DNA of 64,000 nucleotides. Source: an uncultured bacterium (GTDB taxonomy: Bacteria; UBA8481). The notes beneath the pieces were generated by a model that had not been told where the DNA came from, did no database searches, and was given only the letters and a program-made list of their open reading frames with translations. Location of the stretch: contig CAZCME010000003.1 in the NCBI GenBank assembly GCA_964499705.1, positions 248,001 to 312,000 of the forward strand, written 5' to 3'. Position 1 is the first letter of the stretch. Every line of letters starts with the position of its first letter. Shown here piece after piece: positions 38,026 to 47,780 of this stretch. Position numbers and translations under genes: made by a program.

Positions 38026-39726
38026 TTAGAAGAGCCGGCCCGCGAGCATCAGGAATTGCTCGACGCCGGGTCCCAGGAGAAGGGCGGGAAAGAAATTCAA
38101 TCCTCCCACGATGACGATGACGCCGACGAGAAGCACCACGAATGTGGGGCCCTCCGTCGGAAATGTTCCGGAACTCGCCGCCGAGATGCGCTTGGCCGCG
38201 AGACTTCCGGCGATGGCCAGGACGGGAATGAGAACACCGAAGCGTCCGAGAAACATGGTCAGCGCAAGCCAGCCGTTGTAGAAATCGGTGTTCACGGCGA
38301 GGCCCGCGAATGCGCTGCCGTTATTGCCGGCCGCGGATGAAAAGGCGTACAGGATTTCCGACAATCCATGAGGTCCCCGGTTCGCGCGGCCGGCGAGCGC
38401 GGACTCGACAAGGCAGGATGCCGCGGTGCCCAGCAGGACGCAGGCGCCCGGCAGGAGAATGCCTGTGAGTGCCCAGGCCATCTCCCGCGTCTCGATCTTC
38501 TTTCCGAGGTATTCCGGAGTTCGACCCACCATCAACCCGGCGAGGAAGACCGTCAGGAGAACGAAGAGCACCATGCCGTACAACCCGCAGCCGACTCCGC
38601 CGAAGACGACTTCGCCGAGCTGCATGTTGAAAATCTGAACGAGACCTGTCCAAGGCGAGAAACTGTCGTGCATCGCGTTCACCGAACCGTTGGACGCCGC
38701 CGTCGTCGTGACGCTCCAGAGAACGCTTTCGGTCACGGAGAATCGGGTTTCCTTGCCTTCCAACTGCTCCGTGATGCCGAGCGCCGGATTCGGCTGATGC
38801 TCGGCCCAGAGAGAGACGCCCAGGCCCGCGAAGAGGAGAATGAACATGGCGGCCAGAAGCGCGTGGGCATGGCGGGGCCGGTCGATGAGTCGGCCGAACA
38901 TGAAGACGCAGGCGGCGGGCAGGAGAAGAATGGCGAGCATCTCGAAGAAGTTCGAGAGCGGCGTGGGATTCTCGAATGGATGCGCGCTGTTGACGCCGTA
39001 AAATCCGCCGCCGTTTGTTCCTAGCTGCTTGATCGCGATCTGCGACGCCGCCGGCCCGAGCGGTATGACCTGGTCCGCTCCTTCGATCGTCGTCGCCATG
39101 ACCGGTCCTGAAAATGTCTGAACGACGCCTTCGTGGACGAGAATGAGAGCAAAGAGGAACGAAAGAGGAATGAGGATATAGAGCGTTGTTCGCGCGAGAT
39201 CCCGCCAGAAGTTGCCGAGCAGTTCGGTGCTCCTCCGCGTCAGACCGCGCGCCAGGACGAGAAGGGCGGCGACGCTCGTGGCGACGCTCAGAAAATTCTG
39301 AACGGCCAGGCCGGTCATCTGAGTGAGATAACTCATGGCCGTTTCGCCGGAATACGCCTGCCAGTTGGTGTTGGTGACGAAGCTGACGGCGGTGTTCACC
39401 GCGAGCCAGAAGGGTACATCGGCGACGACGGCCGGATTCAGCGGAAGCGCGGCCTGAAACATCTGCTGAAGGACAAGGATGATGATGCCCAGGATGTTGA
39501 AGGACATGAGCGCGATCGCGTATTCGCGCCAGTTCATTTCCTGATTCGGCGCGACGCCTACGACCTTCAGGAAAAATCGCTCGCACCGATCGAGCGTCTT
39601 CTCCCAACGCGTCCCCGCATGGGCCGATGGTTCCAGCAGCCGGGCCATGAGAATTCCCTGCGGCGCCGCGAGCAGGACGAGGCCGGTGAAATAGAGGAAC
39701 ACTTCGAGCCCATGAAAGATGTTCAT
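38026..39726 (-). CDS. kdpA: K+-transporting ATPase subunit A
   Basis: Filter motifs [33 protein letters not shown]. Confidence 0.97.
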   Translation of the reverse strand: MNIFHGLEVFLYFTGLVLLAAPQGILMARLLEPSAHAGTRWEKTLDRCERFFLKVVGVAPNQEMNWREYAIALMSFNILGIIILVLQQMFQAALPLNPAVVADVPFWLAVNTAVSFVTNTNWQAYSGETAMSYLTQMTGLAVQNFLSVATSVAALLVLARGLTRRSTELLGNFWRDLARTTLYILIPLSFLFALILVHEGVVQTFSGPVMATTIEGADQVIPLGPAASQIAIKQLGTNGGGFYGVNSAHPFENPTPLSNFFEMLAILLLPAACVFMFGRLIDRPRHAHALLAAMFILLFAGLGVSLWAEHQPNPALGITEQLEGKETRFSVTESVLWSVTTTAASNGSVNAMHDSFSPWTGLVQIFNMQLGEVVFGGVGCGLYGMVLFVLLTVFLAGLMVGRTPEYLGKKIETREMAWALTGILLPGACVLLGTAASCLVESALAGRANRGPHGLSEILYAFSSAAGNNGSAFAGLAVNTDFYNGWLALTMFLGRFGVLIPVLAIAGSLAAKRISAASSGTFPTEGPTFVVLLVGVIVIVGGLNFFPALLLGPGVEQFLMLAGRLF

Positions 39727-39777
39727 GGTGAAATCGTGATGGGACGGATGTGGAATCGCGAGTCAACAGGCGCCGCA

Positions 39778-39798
39778 AAAGCGTTAATAAAGTGTTAA
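39778..39798 (-). promoter_or_regulatory. Putative KdpE (OmpR-family) binding site
   Basis: Minus-strand direct repeat TTAACACTTT-A-TTAACGCTTT (9/10 identical, 11-bp period) about 50 bp upstream of kdpA. Confidence 0.6.
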
Positions 39799-39801
39799 CG
39801 A

Positions 39802-39820
39802 CGGCGGACTGGATCCGCCG
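39802..39820 (-). terminator. Possible terminator hairpin after flgL
   Basis: CGGCGGA-5 nt-TCCGCCG 7-bp stem about 30 nt after the flgL stop; weak U-tract. Confidence 0.3.
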
Positions 39821-39848
39821 GCAAAGCGACTCAGATCATGAAGATTTC

Positions 39849-41417
39849 TTACAGGAATTGCAGAAGATTCGTCACCGGAACATTGGAAGCGGCGCCGAGC
39901 GCGGCCTCGAGCTTCAGCTGGGACTGCCGGAGGTCGGAGATCGCCTTGGCGATGTCGAGATCCTCGTTGACGGATATGACTTCCTTCGCCTGGAGGATGA
40001 AACCTTCCTCCTTGAACTGCGTGTTCTCGAGACGTTTCACGAGGCCGGCCACATCCGAGGAGACGTCATCGACATGAGCCAGCCCGCGGTCGATCTCCGC
40101 GAGCCGGTCGCCCCTGAGATTCGAGAATCGTCCGTTGTCGAGGTCGCTTATGGCGTTGATGAAGACGGAGAAGAGAGACGTGTCGGTGTTCGTGCCGGCT
40201 CCGTTGTCGGCGGGAGTGTTCGATGTGCCGTCGGCCAGTCCCATTCGCTTCAGGAATTGAGCCGAGCCTTCATCGTGCGAGAAGATCTGGTCGGGCTCGC
40301 GCGTGGCGAGCTGGAGGCGATAGGCGAGCGCGTTGCGGGATGTGAGATTGGCCGGAGACGATGCGGATGAGGTCACGCCCAGGACCTGGAACGCATTGGA
40401 GCGGGGATTCGGGGTGACATCGTCGACCGTGACTCCGCCGTCCAGCTGCAGAGCGAATCCACCCGCGACCTGCGCGGCGGATGCGGTGACTCCCGTCTGG
40501 CCCGTGACCGCGTTGATCGTGCTCACCATCGAGTTCAGGGACGCGCCGGCCGCGATCGTGACGCTGACGCCGTTGATGAGAACGCTGCCCGCCGTCGCGG
40601 CGGTGGCGGCGGACGCATCGACCACTGTCGCCGTGCCGATGAGGCTTCCCTCGACGGTGGCCTCCATTTCCGGAACCTGTTCGTTGATCCGGTTGGCGAC
40701 GGAGAGAAGCGAATCGGTGGCGGTGTTGAAGGAAACCCGTTTCCCCTGGAGCTGAAAGAAACCGGTCTGGTCGCCGGCGGGAAAGCCGGAATTCGCGAGC
40801 GTCTGGCCGGCGAAATTGGCGGAGAAGGACGAGGCGCGCGTGTCGGGATCGACCTGGAAGAATTTCGAGCCGACGAGATTCAGATCCACGAGAGATCCGT
40901 CGGCGATCTGTTTCTGCGTGGAGGTCGCGTTGCCGCGGTAGATCACGTTCGTGACGTCGCCGTTCGCGTCGCGCACCGCTTCGAAGGGATCGGTGCGCGT
41001 CCTGGAACCTCCGAAGATCTTGCCCTCCGGCCCCTCGGAGTTTCCGAACTGGATGAGGCTCTCGAGCGACTGCCTCATCTCCTTCGCCGTCAATCTCAGA
41101 TCCGCCGTCGTGAACGTCTCGTTGCCTGCCTGGAGCAGAAGCGTTCGCGCGCGCTGCAGGAGCTCGCGGATCCTCTCGACAGCCGCGTCGTTGTTCTCGG
41201 CGTGACCCCGGGCATCGCTGATATTCCGGAGGTGCTGTTCCTTCGACCGGACGATCGACCGGAACCGCATCGCGGTGACGTAGCGGAGCGGATCGTCGGA
41301 GGGTTTCGACACTTCCAGCCCGGAGCTCAGCTTTTTCTGGAGCTCGATCGATTCCTCTTCCGCGCTGTTGACGTGGCGGATGGAATCGAATTTGAACATT
41401 CTTTCAGTGATGCGCAT
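39849..41417 (-). CDS. flgL: Flagellar hook-associated protein 3
   Basis: MRIT...QKKLSSGLEVSKPSDDP N-terminus, IFGGSRT, YRGN, C-terminus EDLDIAKAI...NLLQFL. Confidence 0.9.
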   Translation of the reverse strand: MRITERMFKFDSIRHVNSAEEESIELQKKLSSGLEVSKPSDDPLRYVTAMRFRSIVRSKEQHLRNISDARGHAENNDAAVERIRELLQRARTLLLQAGNETFTTADLRLTAKEMRQSLESLIQFGNSEGPEGKIFGGSRTRTDPFEAVRDANGDVTNVIYRGNATSTQKQIADGSLVDLNLVGSKFFQVDPDTRASSFSANFAGQTLANSGFPAGDQTGFFQLQGKRVSFNTATDSLLSVANRINEQVPEMEATVEGSLIGTATVVDASAATAATAGSVLINGVSVTIAAGASLNSMVSTINAVTGQTGVTASAAQVAGGFALQLDGGVTVDDVTPNPRSNAFQVLGVTSSASSPANLTSRNALAYRLQLATREPDQIFSHDEGSAQFLKRMGLADGTSNTPADNGAGTNTDTSLFSVFINAISDLDNGRFSNLRGDRLAEIDRGLAHVDDVSSDVAGLVKRLENTQFKEEGFILQAKEVISVNEDLDIAKAISDLRQSQLKLEAALGAASNVPVTNLLQFL

Positions 41418-41430
41418 CGGTCCGTTCTAT

Positions 41431-41456
41431 TTATCGGCAGTAAACGTAGGAATTTG
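41431..41456 (-). promoter_or_regulatory. Sigma28 (FliA)-type promoter of flgL
   Basis: Perfect -10 GCCGATAA (41438-41431) 13 nt before ATG; imperfect CAAA -35 14 nt upstream. Confidence 0.7.
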
Positions 41457-41539
41457 TTCAGAAATTTAGAGGATTAGCAGGAATCCTTGCAGGGCCATGG
41501 GCTGAATTGGCGGGACTTGGGATTTCCGCGAGAGTCCGG

Positions 41540-42610
41540 TTACCGGTTCGATTTCCATCTCCCGGATGGTCGGACGGGATCGGCCTCGCCCACGGGAGCG
41601 ATGGACCAGAACTGGCCGGTCGTCGTGGCCAGGATCGTGCCGTCTTCATCAGTCCGGAAAATCCGCAGGCCCGCCTCGCGGAGGAACTGAAGCGTACCTT
41701 CCTTCGGAAGCTTGTAGACGTTGTCGCGGCCGACGGAGATGACGCCGTACTGCGCGCCGAGTTCCTTCAGGAAATGCGGCTTCGAAGAGGAGAACGAACC
41801 GTGATGCCCGACTTTCAGGATGGTGCTGCGGAGCCGGCCGGCGTATCTCGCGACCATGGAATCCTCGGATTCCTTCTCCGCGTCGCCCGTCAAAAGAATC
41901 GAGGCGGAATCGAGAACCATGTGCAGGACGATGGAGGCGTTGTTCACGTCGTCGGCCAGGATGCTCCCTCCTCCGACAACCGTAATGGCGACTCGCGGAT
42001 CCCAGGTGAGGATATCCCCCGGTTTCGGAATGATGTAGTTGCAACCTTCCTCCTCGACCGCCAACAGCACGCGCTTGTAAATGGAGGAAGGATACGGAAC
42101 GCCGGGATCGTAGAAGTTCTCCACCTTGAAGCGCTTCATGATCTCCGGCAATCCTCCGATGTGATCCGCGTGCGGATGGGACATGACCATCGCCAGGATC
42201 GTGTGGCAACCGAGTTCATCAAGAATATCCGCCATGCGGTCGCCCTGGCCCTGGTTGGCGTCGACAACGACGAAGGAACCGTTGGGAAGTTTCAGGATCA
42301 GGCCGTCGCCCTGGCCGACATCGACGAAGAGGACGACGAGGCGGCCCGGAGTGTCGCCCACGAGTTTGGCCAGGGGCGAGCGATTGTCGATCGGCGGAGC
42401 AGCAGCAGGAGGTGAAACAAACGCAGGGCGAGTATCCTGAAGAACCGGCACCTGCGGAGTCGGGGCGACAGAAGGCGGCGTTACGGTCTCTGGCGCGAGC
42501 TGCGGCGTCGCATGATTTCCGGAGCGGAGGAAAAGGAAGGCGATGACGGCCAGCGCGATGAGTATGACGGCAAGAGAACGCGGTCTGCCTGCCGGATGAA
42601 TCGCGTTCAA
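41540..42610 (-). CDS. ComEC/Rec2-like MBL-fold metallo-hydrolase, membrane anchored
   Basis: DVGQGD, SHPHADHIGG, NNAS, LTGDAE, KVGHHGS, RTDEDG; N-terminal TM and Pro-rich linker. Confidence 0.9.
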   Translation of the reverse strand: MNAIHPAGRPRSLAVILIALAVIAFLFLRSGNHATPQLAPETVTPPSVAPTPQVPVLQDTRPAFVSPPAAAPPIDNRSPLAKLVGDTPGRLVVLFVDVGQGDGLILKLPNGSFVVVDANQGQGDRMADILDELGCHTILAMVMSHPHADHIGGLPEIMKRFKVENFYDPGVPYPSSIYKRVLLAVEEEGCNYIIPKPGDILTWDPRVAITVVGGGSILADDVNNASIVLHMVLDSASILLTGDAEKESEDSMVARYAGRLRSTILKVGHHGSFSSSKPHFLKELGAQYGVISVGRDNVYKLPKEGTLQFLREAGLRIFRTDEDGTILATTTGQFWSIAPVGEADPVRPSGRWKSNR

Positions 42611-42670
42611 AGAAGAATTCGAGATGGTAAACGCCTGTCGCGCATGCGGCGATTATGTCATAATTCGGCC

Positions 42671-43228
42671 ATGGTGCTCATCACAAAAAACGACCCGCTT
42701 GCGGTCGGTTCGCGGCTCCCCGCGTTTCGCCTTTCGGACACGCTTGACGCGGAGATCACGGATGAGCTCGTGTATGCGCGCCGTCCACGCGGGCTTGTCG
42801 TCGCTTTCACCTGCAATCACTGTCCGTACGTGATGTCGTACGAAAGGCGATTTCTCGACCTGGCTCGTATCACCCTGCCGCGCGGCATCTCGTGGCTTGC
42901 GGTCAATTCGAACGCGGCGAATCCGAACTACGGGGATGATTCCGTGGAGAAGATGAAGAGTCGCGTCCGGGCGAATAACTATCCCTTTCCCTATGCGCCG
43001 GACCTCTTGCAGGATGTGGCGCGCTCGTTCGGAGCCGCGTGCACGCCGGAGTTTTTTCTTTTCGATGAGGAGAGAAGACTGCGATATACGGGGCGGTTGG
43101 ATGACGACCAGGATGAATCGAGGGTGAAAACCAGGTATCTCGCGGAGGCTATCGAGGATCTCCTCGCCGCCCGCGTCATCCGCCGTGACCGGTCGCATCC
43201 CATCGGATGCTCCATCAAGTGGCTCTAG
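42671..43228 (+). CDS. Thioredoxin-family (AhpC/TSA-like) protein
   Basis: FTCNHCPYV, GAACTPEFF, YTGRLDD, GCSIKW; ATG 42671. Confidence 0.9.
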   Translation: MVLITKNDPLAVGSRLPAFRLSDTLDAEITDELVYARRPRGLVVAFTCNHCPYVMSYERRFLDLARITLPRGISWLAVNSNAANPNYGDDSVEKMKSRVRANNYPFPYAPDLLQDVARSFGAACTPEFFLFDEERRLRYTGRLDDDQDESRVKTRYLAEAIEDLLAARVIRRDRSHPIGCSIKWL

Positions 43229-43250
43229 CCCTGTAGCATCCCATACAACC

Positions 43251-44081
43251 ATGTCGATCGTTTATCTCAATGGTGAGTGGATGCAAGCCGCTGAAGCCCG
43301 GATCTCGCCGGAGGATCGCGGTTTTCTCCTGGGCGACGGCGTCTTCGATACCCTGCGCAGCTATGACGGAGTCTTCTTCCGTTTCGAGGATCATGCCGCG
43401 CGTCTGTTCCGCGGATTGGAAGAAGTCCGTATCGAGGCTCCGTTCGATCAGGCGGGATTGCTGAACATTCTGACGGAGATGCACAGCCTCAACGGGGAGA
43501 AAGATCTGGTCGTGAGAGTGACGATCACGCGCGGCATGGGGGAGGGCGGATACCGATGGAAGAGCGGAACGAGGCCGACCGTCTACGCGTCGGCTCGGGA
43601 TGTTCCGGATGTCGCGAAGATTCGCGCTGAAGGTCTCGCGCTTTCCGTGTCGCCCGTGCCGCGCCCCCTGCCGTTTCTCTCGGTGGTGAAGACCACGTCG
43701 ATCGGTGCGATGGCCCTGGCGCGCGTCCTGGCGGAGACGGATGAAGTGATCATGCTCGACGCGAACGGCCATGTGGCCGAAGGTGCCGCCTCCACGCTGT
43801 ATGCCATCCGCGGCGAGCGGATCCTCACTCCGCCGTCCCTGCATGTGCTTCCTGCGACGACGCGGCGCGTCATCGAGGAGTTGTTCGCCGTGGAAGAACG
43901 GGTGATGACGTCCGATGAATTCCTCGCATCCGATGCGCTCTTCCTCTCCGCGACATCGATGGGACCGGTGCCGGTTCGCGCCGTGGCCGATCATCGCTAT
44001 CCGGTCCGGCATCCGCTCATGGATGGAATCTACGGGGCCTTCGACGGCGCGATCGCGCGCTATTGGGCGCATCCCGCATGA
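43251..44081 (+). CDS. Fold-type IV PLP enzyme (PabC / D-amino-acid aminotransferase-like)
   Basis: DRGFLLGDGVFDTLR, H-x-x-RL, KTT catalytic Lys, AEGA, LPATTR. Confidence 0.88.
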   Translation: MSIVYLNGEWMQAAEARISPEDRGFLLGDGVFDTLRSYDGVFFRFEDHAARLFRGLEEVRIEAPFDQAGLLNILTEMHSLNGEKDLVVRVTITRGMGEGGYRWKSGTRPTVYASARDVPDVAKIRAEGLALSVSPVPRPLPFLSVVKTTSIGAMALARVLAETDEVIMLDANGHVAEGAASTLYAIRGERILTPPSLHVLPATTRRVIEELFAVEERVMTSDEFLASDALFLSATSMGPVPVRAVADHRYPVRHPLMDGIYGAFDGAIARYWAHPA

Positions 44082-44761
44082 AACCCGTGGCGTATATTAC
44101 GGGGGCATCCCGCGGCCTTGGCCGCTGCGTGGCGGAGAGACTGGCCGGCCGGTATGCGCTCGGGCTTGGATGCTTCCACGCGGATCCACCACACCTTCCC
44201 GATTCCGTGATCCTGCGGGGAGATGTATCGCGATCCGATACGTCGCGCATGGCCGCGGAAGAACTGATGCGTCGGTTCGGCCGGATCGATCTCTTTATCG
44301 CCAATGCCGCGATCTCGGTCGACCGCCCTTTTCTCCGCATGAAGGATGAGGAATGGGACGATGTGATCCGCACCAACCTGTCGGCCGTGTTTTTCGGCCT
44401 GAGGGAAACGGCCGGTCCGCTCCGGCAGGCGGGAGGATCAGCCATCCTCGTGTCATCGATTCTCGGCAGGCGAGGCGAATCCGGATCAGCCAACTATTGC
44501 GCGGCCAAGGCCGGCGTCATCGCGCTGGCGCGCTCCGCCGCGCGCGAATGGGCTCCGCAAGCGCGCGTGAATGTCTTCATCCCGGGATACATGCCGACGG
44601 ACATGGGGATGCAGAATCCGGATGTTCTTCGGAACGCGGTCGCCGACCACCTGGGGGGAACGATGACGCCCGTGGAGGAAGCGGCGGACCTGATGATCGC
44701 GCTCGCGGAGACGAAGACGGTGACGGGGCAGATCATCACGGCGGACGGGAGAATTTCCTGA
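44078..44761 (+). CDS. FabG-like SDR (3-oxoacyl reductase)
   Basis: TGASRGLG, NAA, YCAAK (YxxxK), PGYMPTDM; ATGA overlap with upstream gene. Confidence 0.88.
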   Translation: MKPVAYITGASRGLGRCVAERLAGRYALGLGCFHADPPHLPDSVILRGDVSRSDTSRMAAEELMRRFGRIDLFIANAAISVDRPFLRMKDEEWDDVIRTNLSAVFFGLRETAGPLRQAGGSAILVSSILGRRGESGSANYCAAKAGVIALARSAAREWAPQARVNVFIPGYMPTDMGMQNPDVLRNAVADHLGGTMTPVEEAADLMIALAETKTVTGQIITADGRIS

Positions 44762-44788
44762 TTTCAGATTTAGGATTTGATATTTCAG
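44761..44788 (+). repeat. Four degenerate 7-bp tandem units (ATTTNNN)
   Basis: ATTTCAG ATTTAGG ATTTGAT ATTTCAG in the fabG-fabF spacer. Confidence 0.6.
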
Positions 44789-44828
44789 ATGCCGGACACG
44801 AGCGGAATTGTCGCAGGCGAAGACGGGC

Positions 44829-45902
44829 ATGAGTATCGTCATTACCGGTGCGTGCCTGAGGCTCAGCTCGGTCTGGCCCGTGACCTCTAGCGAGCCACGG
44901 TACATGAAAATCTCCGGGGATTATTCCGGGGACAGGACCTGCCACTTCGCCCGGCGCGCCTCCGAACATGCATGGGCCACGGCCGCTTGTCGCGTGCCTC
45001 CGGAGAGAATCGGATCCACCGTGTCCGCTTCGAAGCTGGGCATCGGCGGACTTCTTTCATCGTGGGATCGAGGATCCATCTCGGCGGACGCGTGGAGCGA
45101 ATACATCGCGCCCAGGCTCAATCCCGATTTCGTCCGAGGACCGGTCGTGACGACGATCGGCGCGTGCGCGACCGGCCTCTGTTCCTGGATCCGGGCCGCG
45201 CAGCTTCTGGAGAACCAGGAAGCGGATGTCGTCCTGGCCGGCTCCGCCGAAGGTGCGCTCCATCCTTTCCTGCTCGCGGGATTCAAGAGGATGGGAGTCT
45301 TCTCCGGAACACGCCCCCGGCCGTTCGACCGCAGGCGCGATGGATTCGTCGCGGCGGAAGGTGCCGGCATCGCCGTCATGGAACGGGAAGCCGATGCGCG
45401 GCGGCGCGGCGCCGCGATACGCGGAAAAGTTCTGGGATGGGCCCTGGCCCAGGATCCCACGCATCCCGTCGCCGGCGCGGGTGACGGCATTGCGGTGGAA
45501 CGACTGATGAAGACGGCTCTTCGCCGCGCGGGAATCGAACCTTTGGATCTGTCGTACATTCATCTGCACGGGACCGGCACGATCCAGAACGATATCGCCG
45601 AGGCGGCGGCCTTGCGGAGGCTCTTCGACGACCATGGCCATTTCGTCGCCGCTTCCTCCACAAAGGGCGCGACGGGTCATTGCCTCGGCGCGGCCGGCGC
45701 CGTGGAAGCGCTCATCACGTTGAATGCCCTGAAGAAGCGCGTGGCGCCGGCGACCACGGGCCTGGAGGAACTCGACGAGAGATGCTCATCGCGCTGCCTC
45801 ATTCGCGAGGATACGGTCATCGAGGGCGGGATCGGGATGGCGCTTTCGTACGGCTTCGGCGGGCACCTCGCGGCGCTTGTCCTTGAGGCGGAAAAAAAAT
45901 GA
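44829..45902 (+). CDS. Divergent, N-terminally shortened FabF-type beta-ketoacyl synthase
   Basis: Cys-His-His triad GACATG, HGTGT, KGATGHCLGAAG; PFDRRRDGF; SYGFGG; 357 aa. Confidence 0.88.
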   Translation: MSIVITGACLRLSSVWPVTSSEPRYMKISGDYSGDRTCHFARRASEHAWATAACRVPPERIGSTVSASKLGIGGLLSSWDRGSISADAWSEYIAPRLNPDFVRGPVVTTIGACATGLCSWIRAAQLLENQEADVVLAGSAEGALHPFLLAGFKRMGVFSGTRPRPFDRRRDGFVAAEGAGIAVMEREADARRRGAAIRGKVLGWALAQDPTHPVAGAGDGIAVERLMKTALRRAGIEPLDLSYIHLHGTGTIQNDIAEAAALRRLFDDHGHFVAASSTKGATGHCLGAAGAVEALITLNALKKRVAPATTGLEELDERCSSRCLIREDTVIEGGIGMALSYGFGGHLAALVLEAEKK

Positions 45903-47074
45903 AGGGAATACGCGAAGAGCTCGCGGCGGTTCCGGCCGAGCTGCGCCGCGCGTTGCGGATCGTTCCGCACGGAGCCGAAGCGATGATCGAGAAAGAGGGC
46001 AGGCGCCTCGTCAATCTCGCCACCAACAATTACCTCTCGCTCGCCACGCATCCGGAAGTGATCGAGGCCGCTGTCAGGGCTCTCCGCGAGGATGGAGCGG
46101 GAGCCGGATCGTCGCGACTCATCCTGGGAACATCGCCGCGCGTGGCCGCGCTGGAGGATTCCCTTGCCGGGCTGAAAGGAACATCCCGCGCGCTGATCTT
46201 CCCGTCGGGGTTCGCCGCGGCCCTGGGAGCGATTCCCGCGCTCGTCGGAAAAGGCGACGGAATCGCGCTGGAGAAAGGATGCCACGCGAGCCTCGTCACC
46301 GGTGCGCGCCTCTCAGGCGCCTCGATCTCCGTCTTTCGCCGGGGCGAACGGTCGACGCTGGAGAAGGCGCTCGAACGCCTGCGGAAACGCTGCCGGAGAA
46401 TTCTCACGGTGATCGACGGCATCCATTCCATGGACGGCGATATCGCGCCCCTGCCGGAAATCATTCCGCTCGTCGCAAGGTTTGAATCGATCCTTCTTCT
46501 CGACGATGCGCATGCGACGGGAGTTCTCGGCGAAAATGGATCCGGAACGCTCGGGCATTTCAGGATGAGCGCCTCGGAGAATTTCATTGTCCAGATGGGG
46601 ACGCTCTCGAAAGCCCTGGGCAGCCAGGGAGGATTCATCGCGGCGTCAGGCCCGTGCATCGAACTGATGATCCAGAAATCCGCCGCGTTCATCTATACGA
46701 CGGGCATCAATCCGGCCGCCGTCGGCGCGGCGCAGGGCGCGATCGACGTGATGAAGCGCGAGCCGAAACGGATCGCGCGCCTGGCGAGGAACGCGGTGAT
46801 GGTTCGCCGCGCGGCGGGCATCGAGGAGATTCCGTCTCCGATCGCGCCGATTCTCACGGGCACATCCGAGCGCGCGATGGAAGCCTCGCGCGAGCTGGAA
46901 AGGGCCGGAGCCTACGCGCCGGCGATCAGGCCGCCGACCGTGCCGCGCGGCACGGCGCGACTCAGGCTGTCCCTCCAGGCGGATCACAGGATGCACATGG
47001 AGGGAGCGGAGACCACGCCCGAGTTGAGCTTCCTGACCGTGCTGAAAGAAATCGCGCATCGTCCGCGCGTGTAA
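45899..47074 (+). CDS. bioF: 8-amino-7-oxononanoate synthase / alpha-oxoamine synthase
   Basis: NNYLSL, GAGSSRL, HAS, SMDGD, DDAH, GTLSKALGSQGG, IRPPTVP, RLRLS; ATGA overlap with upstream gene. Confidence 0.8.
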   Translation: MKGIREELAAVPAELRRALRIVPHGAEAMIEKEGRRLVNLATNNYLSLATHPEVIEAAVRALREDGAGAGSSRLILGTSPRVAALEDSLAGLKGTSRALIFPSGFAAALGAIPALVGKGDGIALEKGCHASLVTGARLSGASISVFRRGERSTLEKALERLRKRCRRILTVIDGIHSMDGDIAPLPEIIPLVARFESILLLDDAHATGVLGENGSGTLGHFRMSASENFIVQMGTLSKALGSQGGFIAASGPCIELMIQKSAAFIYTTGINPAAVGAAQGAIDVMKREPKRIARLARNAVMVRRAAGIEEIPSPIAPILTGTSERAMEASRELERAGAYAPAIRPPTVPRGTARLRLSLQADHRMHMEGAETTPELSFLTVLKEIAHRPRV

Positions 47075-47200
47075 GAAAACGCACCATGAATCTGCGCAAA
47101 CCTGCTCAAAAATTCCGGCTCCTTTGTCGATAATGAATTCAAGCCCGCCGGCGATGGACACCGGCGGCCGTCATTGCGGCTTGCCGCGGAGAGGACGCAT

Positions 47201-47623
47201 ATGCCAAGTGAGACCCCACGCACCATCGCACCCCAGGCCTTCAATTCCATTTCCCACGATGCGGCTTACGCTTACCTCATCAGCTATTTCATGTTCCGGT
47301 TTTCCGGCAGGACCGCGCAGGCGGAGCGGGCGCTCGAACGCGCCGCGGCGCTCTGCCAGCACGAGCGCTGGCCGTATCCGATGGTGCGCTATCTCCAGCT
47401 CGCCATCACTGATCGAGTCCTCCTGAATCTCGCGGTGAGCCAGGAGATGAAGACCGGCGCGCACGCGCTGCTGGCGCTCTCGCATCGCCTGAACAACCAT
47501 TACGCCGATGCCGCGCTGCATAAGAACTGGGTAGAGCGTCACGCCGGATCCTGCAACGGCTATGTGGCGGACATTTTTCTCGCTCTGCTGCGGAAGGTGG
47601 AATTCCCCGCGCAGGCCGCATAG
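47201..47623 (+). CDS. Hypothetical protein resembling the C-terminal helices of NlpI-like TPR proteins
   Basis: GAGGA RBS; 'WPYPMVRYL...LLNLA...AHALL' pattern. Confidence 0.5.
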   Translation: MPSETPRTIAPQAFNSISHDAAYAYLISYFMFRFSGRTAQAERALERAAALCQHERWPYPMVRYLQLAITDRVLLNLAVSQEMKTGAHALLALSHRLNNHYADAALHKNWVERHAGSCNGYVADIFLALLRKVEFPAQAA

Positions 47624-47745
47624 GGGGACATTCTCCAACATTCCAACATTCAGAATAGACAAGTTAGCCATGGAGCTGAAATATATGTGTGGTCGATCTT
47701 CGTAACTCCATCAGCGCCAATGTTGCATTGTTGGAGAATGTCCCC
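47624..47745. repeat. Inverted-repeat element (REPIN/MITE-like)
   Basis: GGGGACATTCTCCAACATTCCAACATT (47624-47650) versus AATGTTGCATTGTTGGAGAATGTCCCC (47719-47745), 25/27 complementary. Confidence 0.85.
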
Positions 47746-47780
47746 TTTCCTCCAGGGCGGAGCCGATTTACACTTCCGGC

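Noticed and set aside
41540-42610. Calling the MBL protein comEC
   Set aside because: It lacks the multi-TM competence channel domain; only the ComEC-like beta-lactamase domain is present.
45892-45899. A8 tract at the fabF-bioF junction as a frameshift or phase-variation site
   Set aside because: Both genes are intact with an ordinary ATGA overlap and the tract encodes terminal Glu-Lys-Lys; no evidence for slippage.
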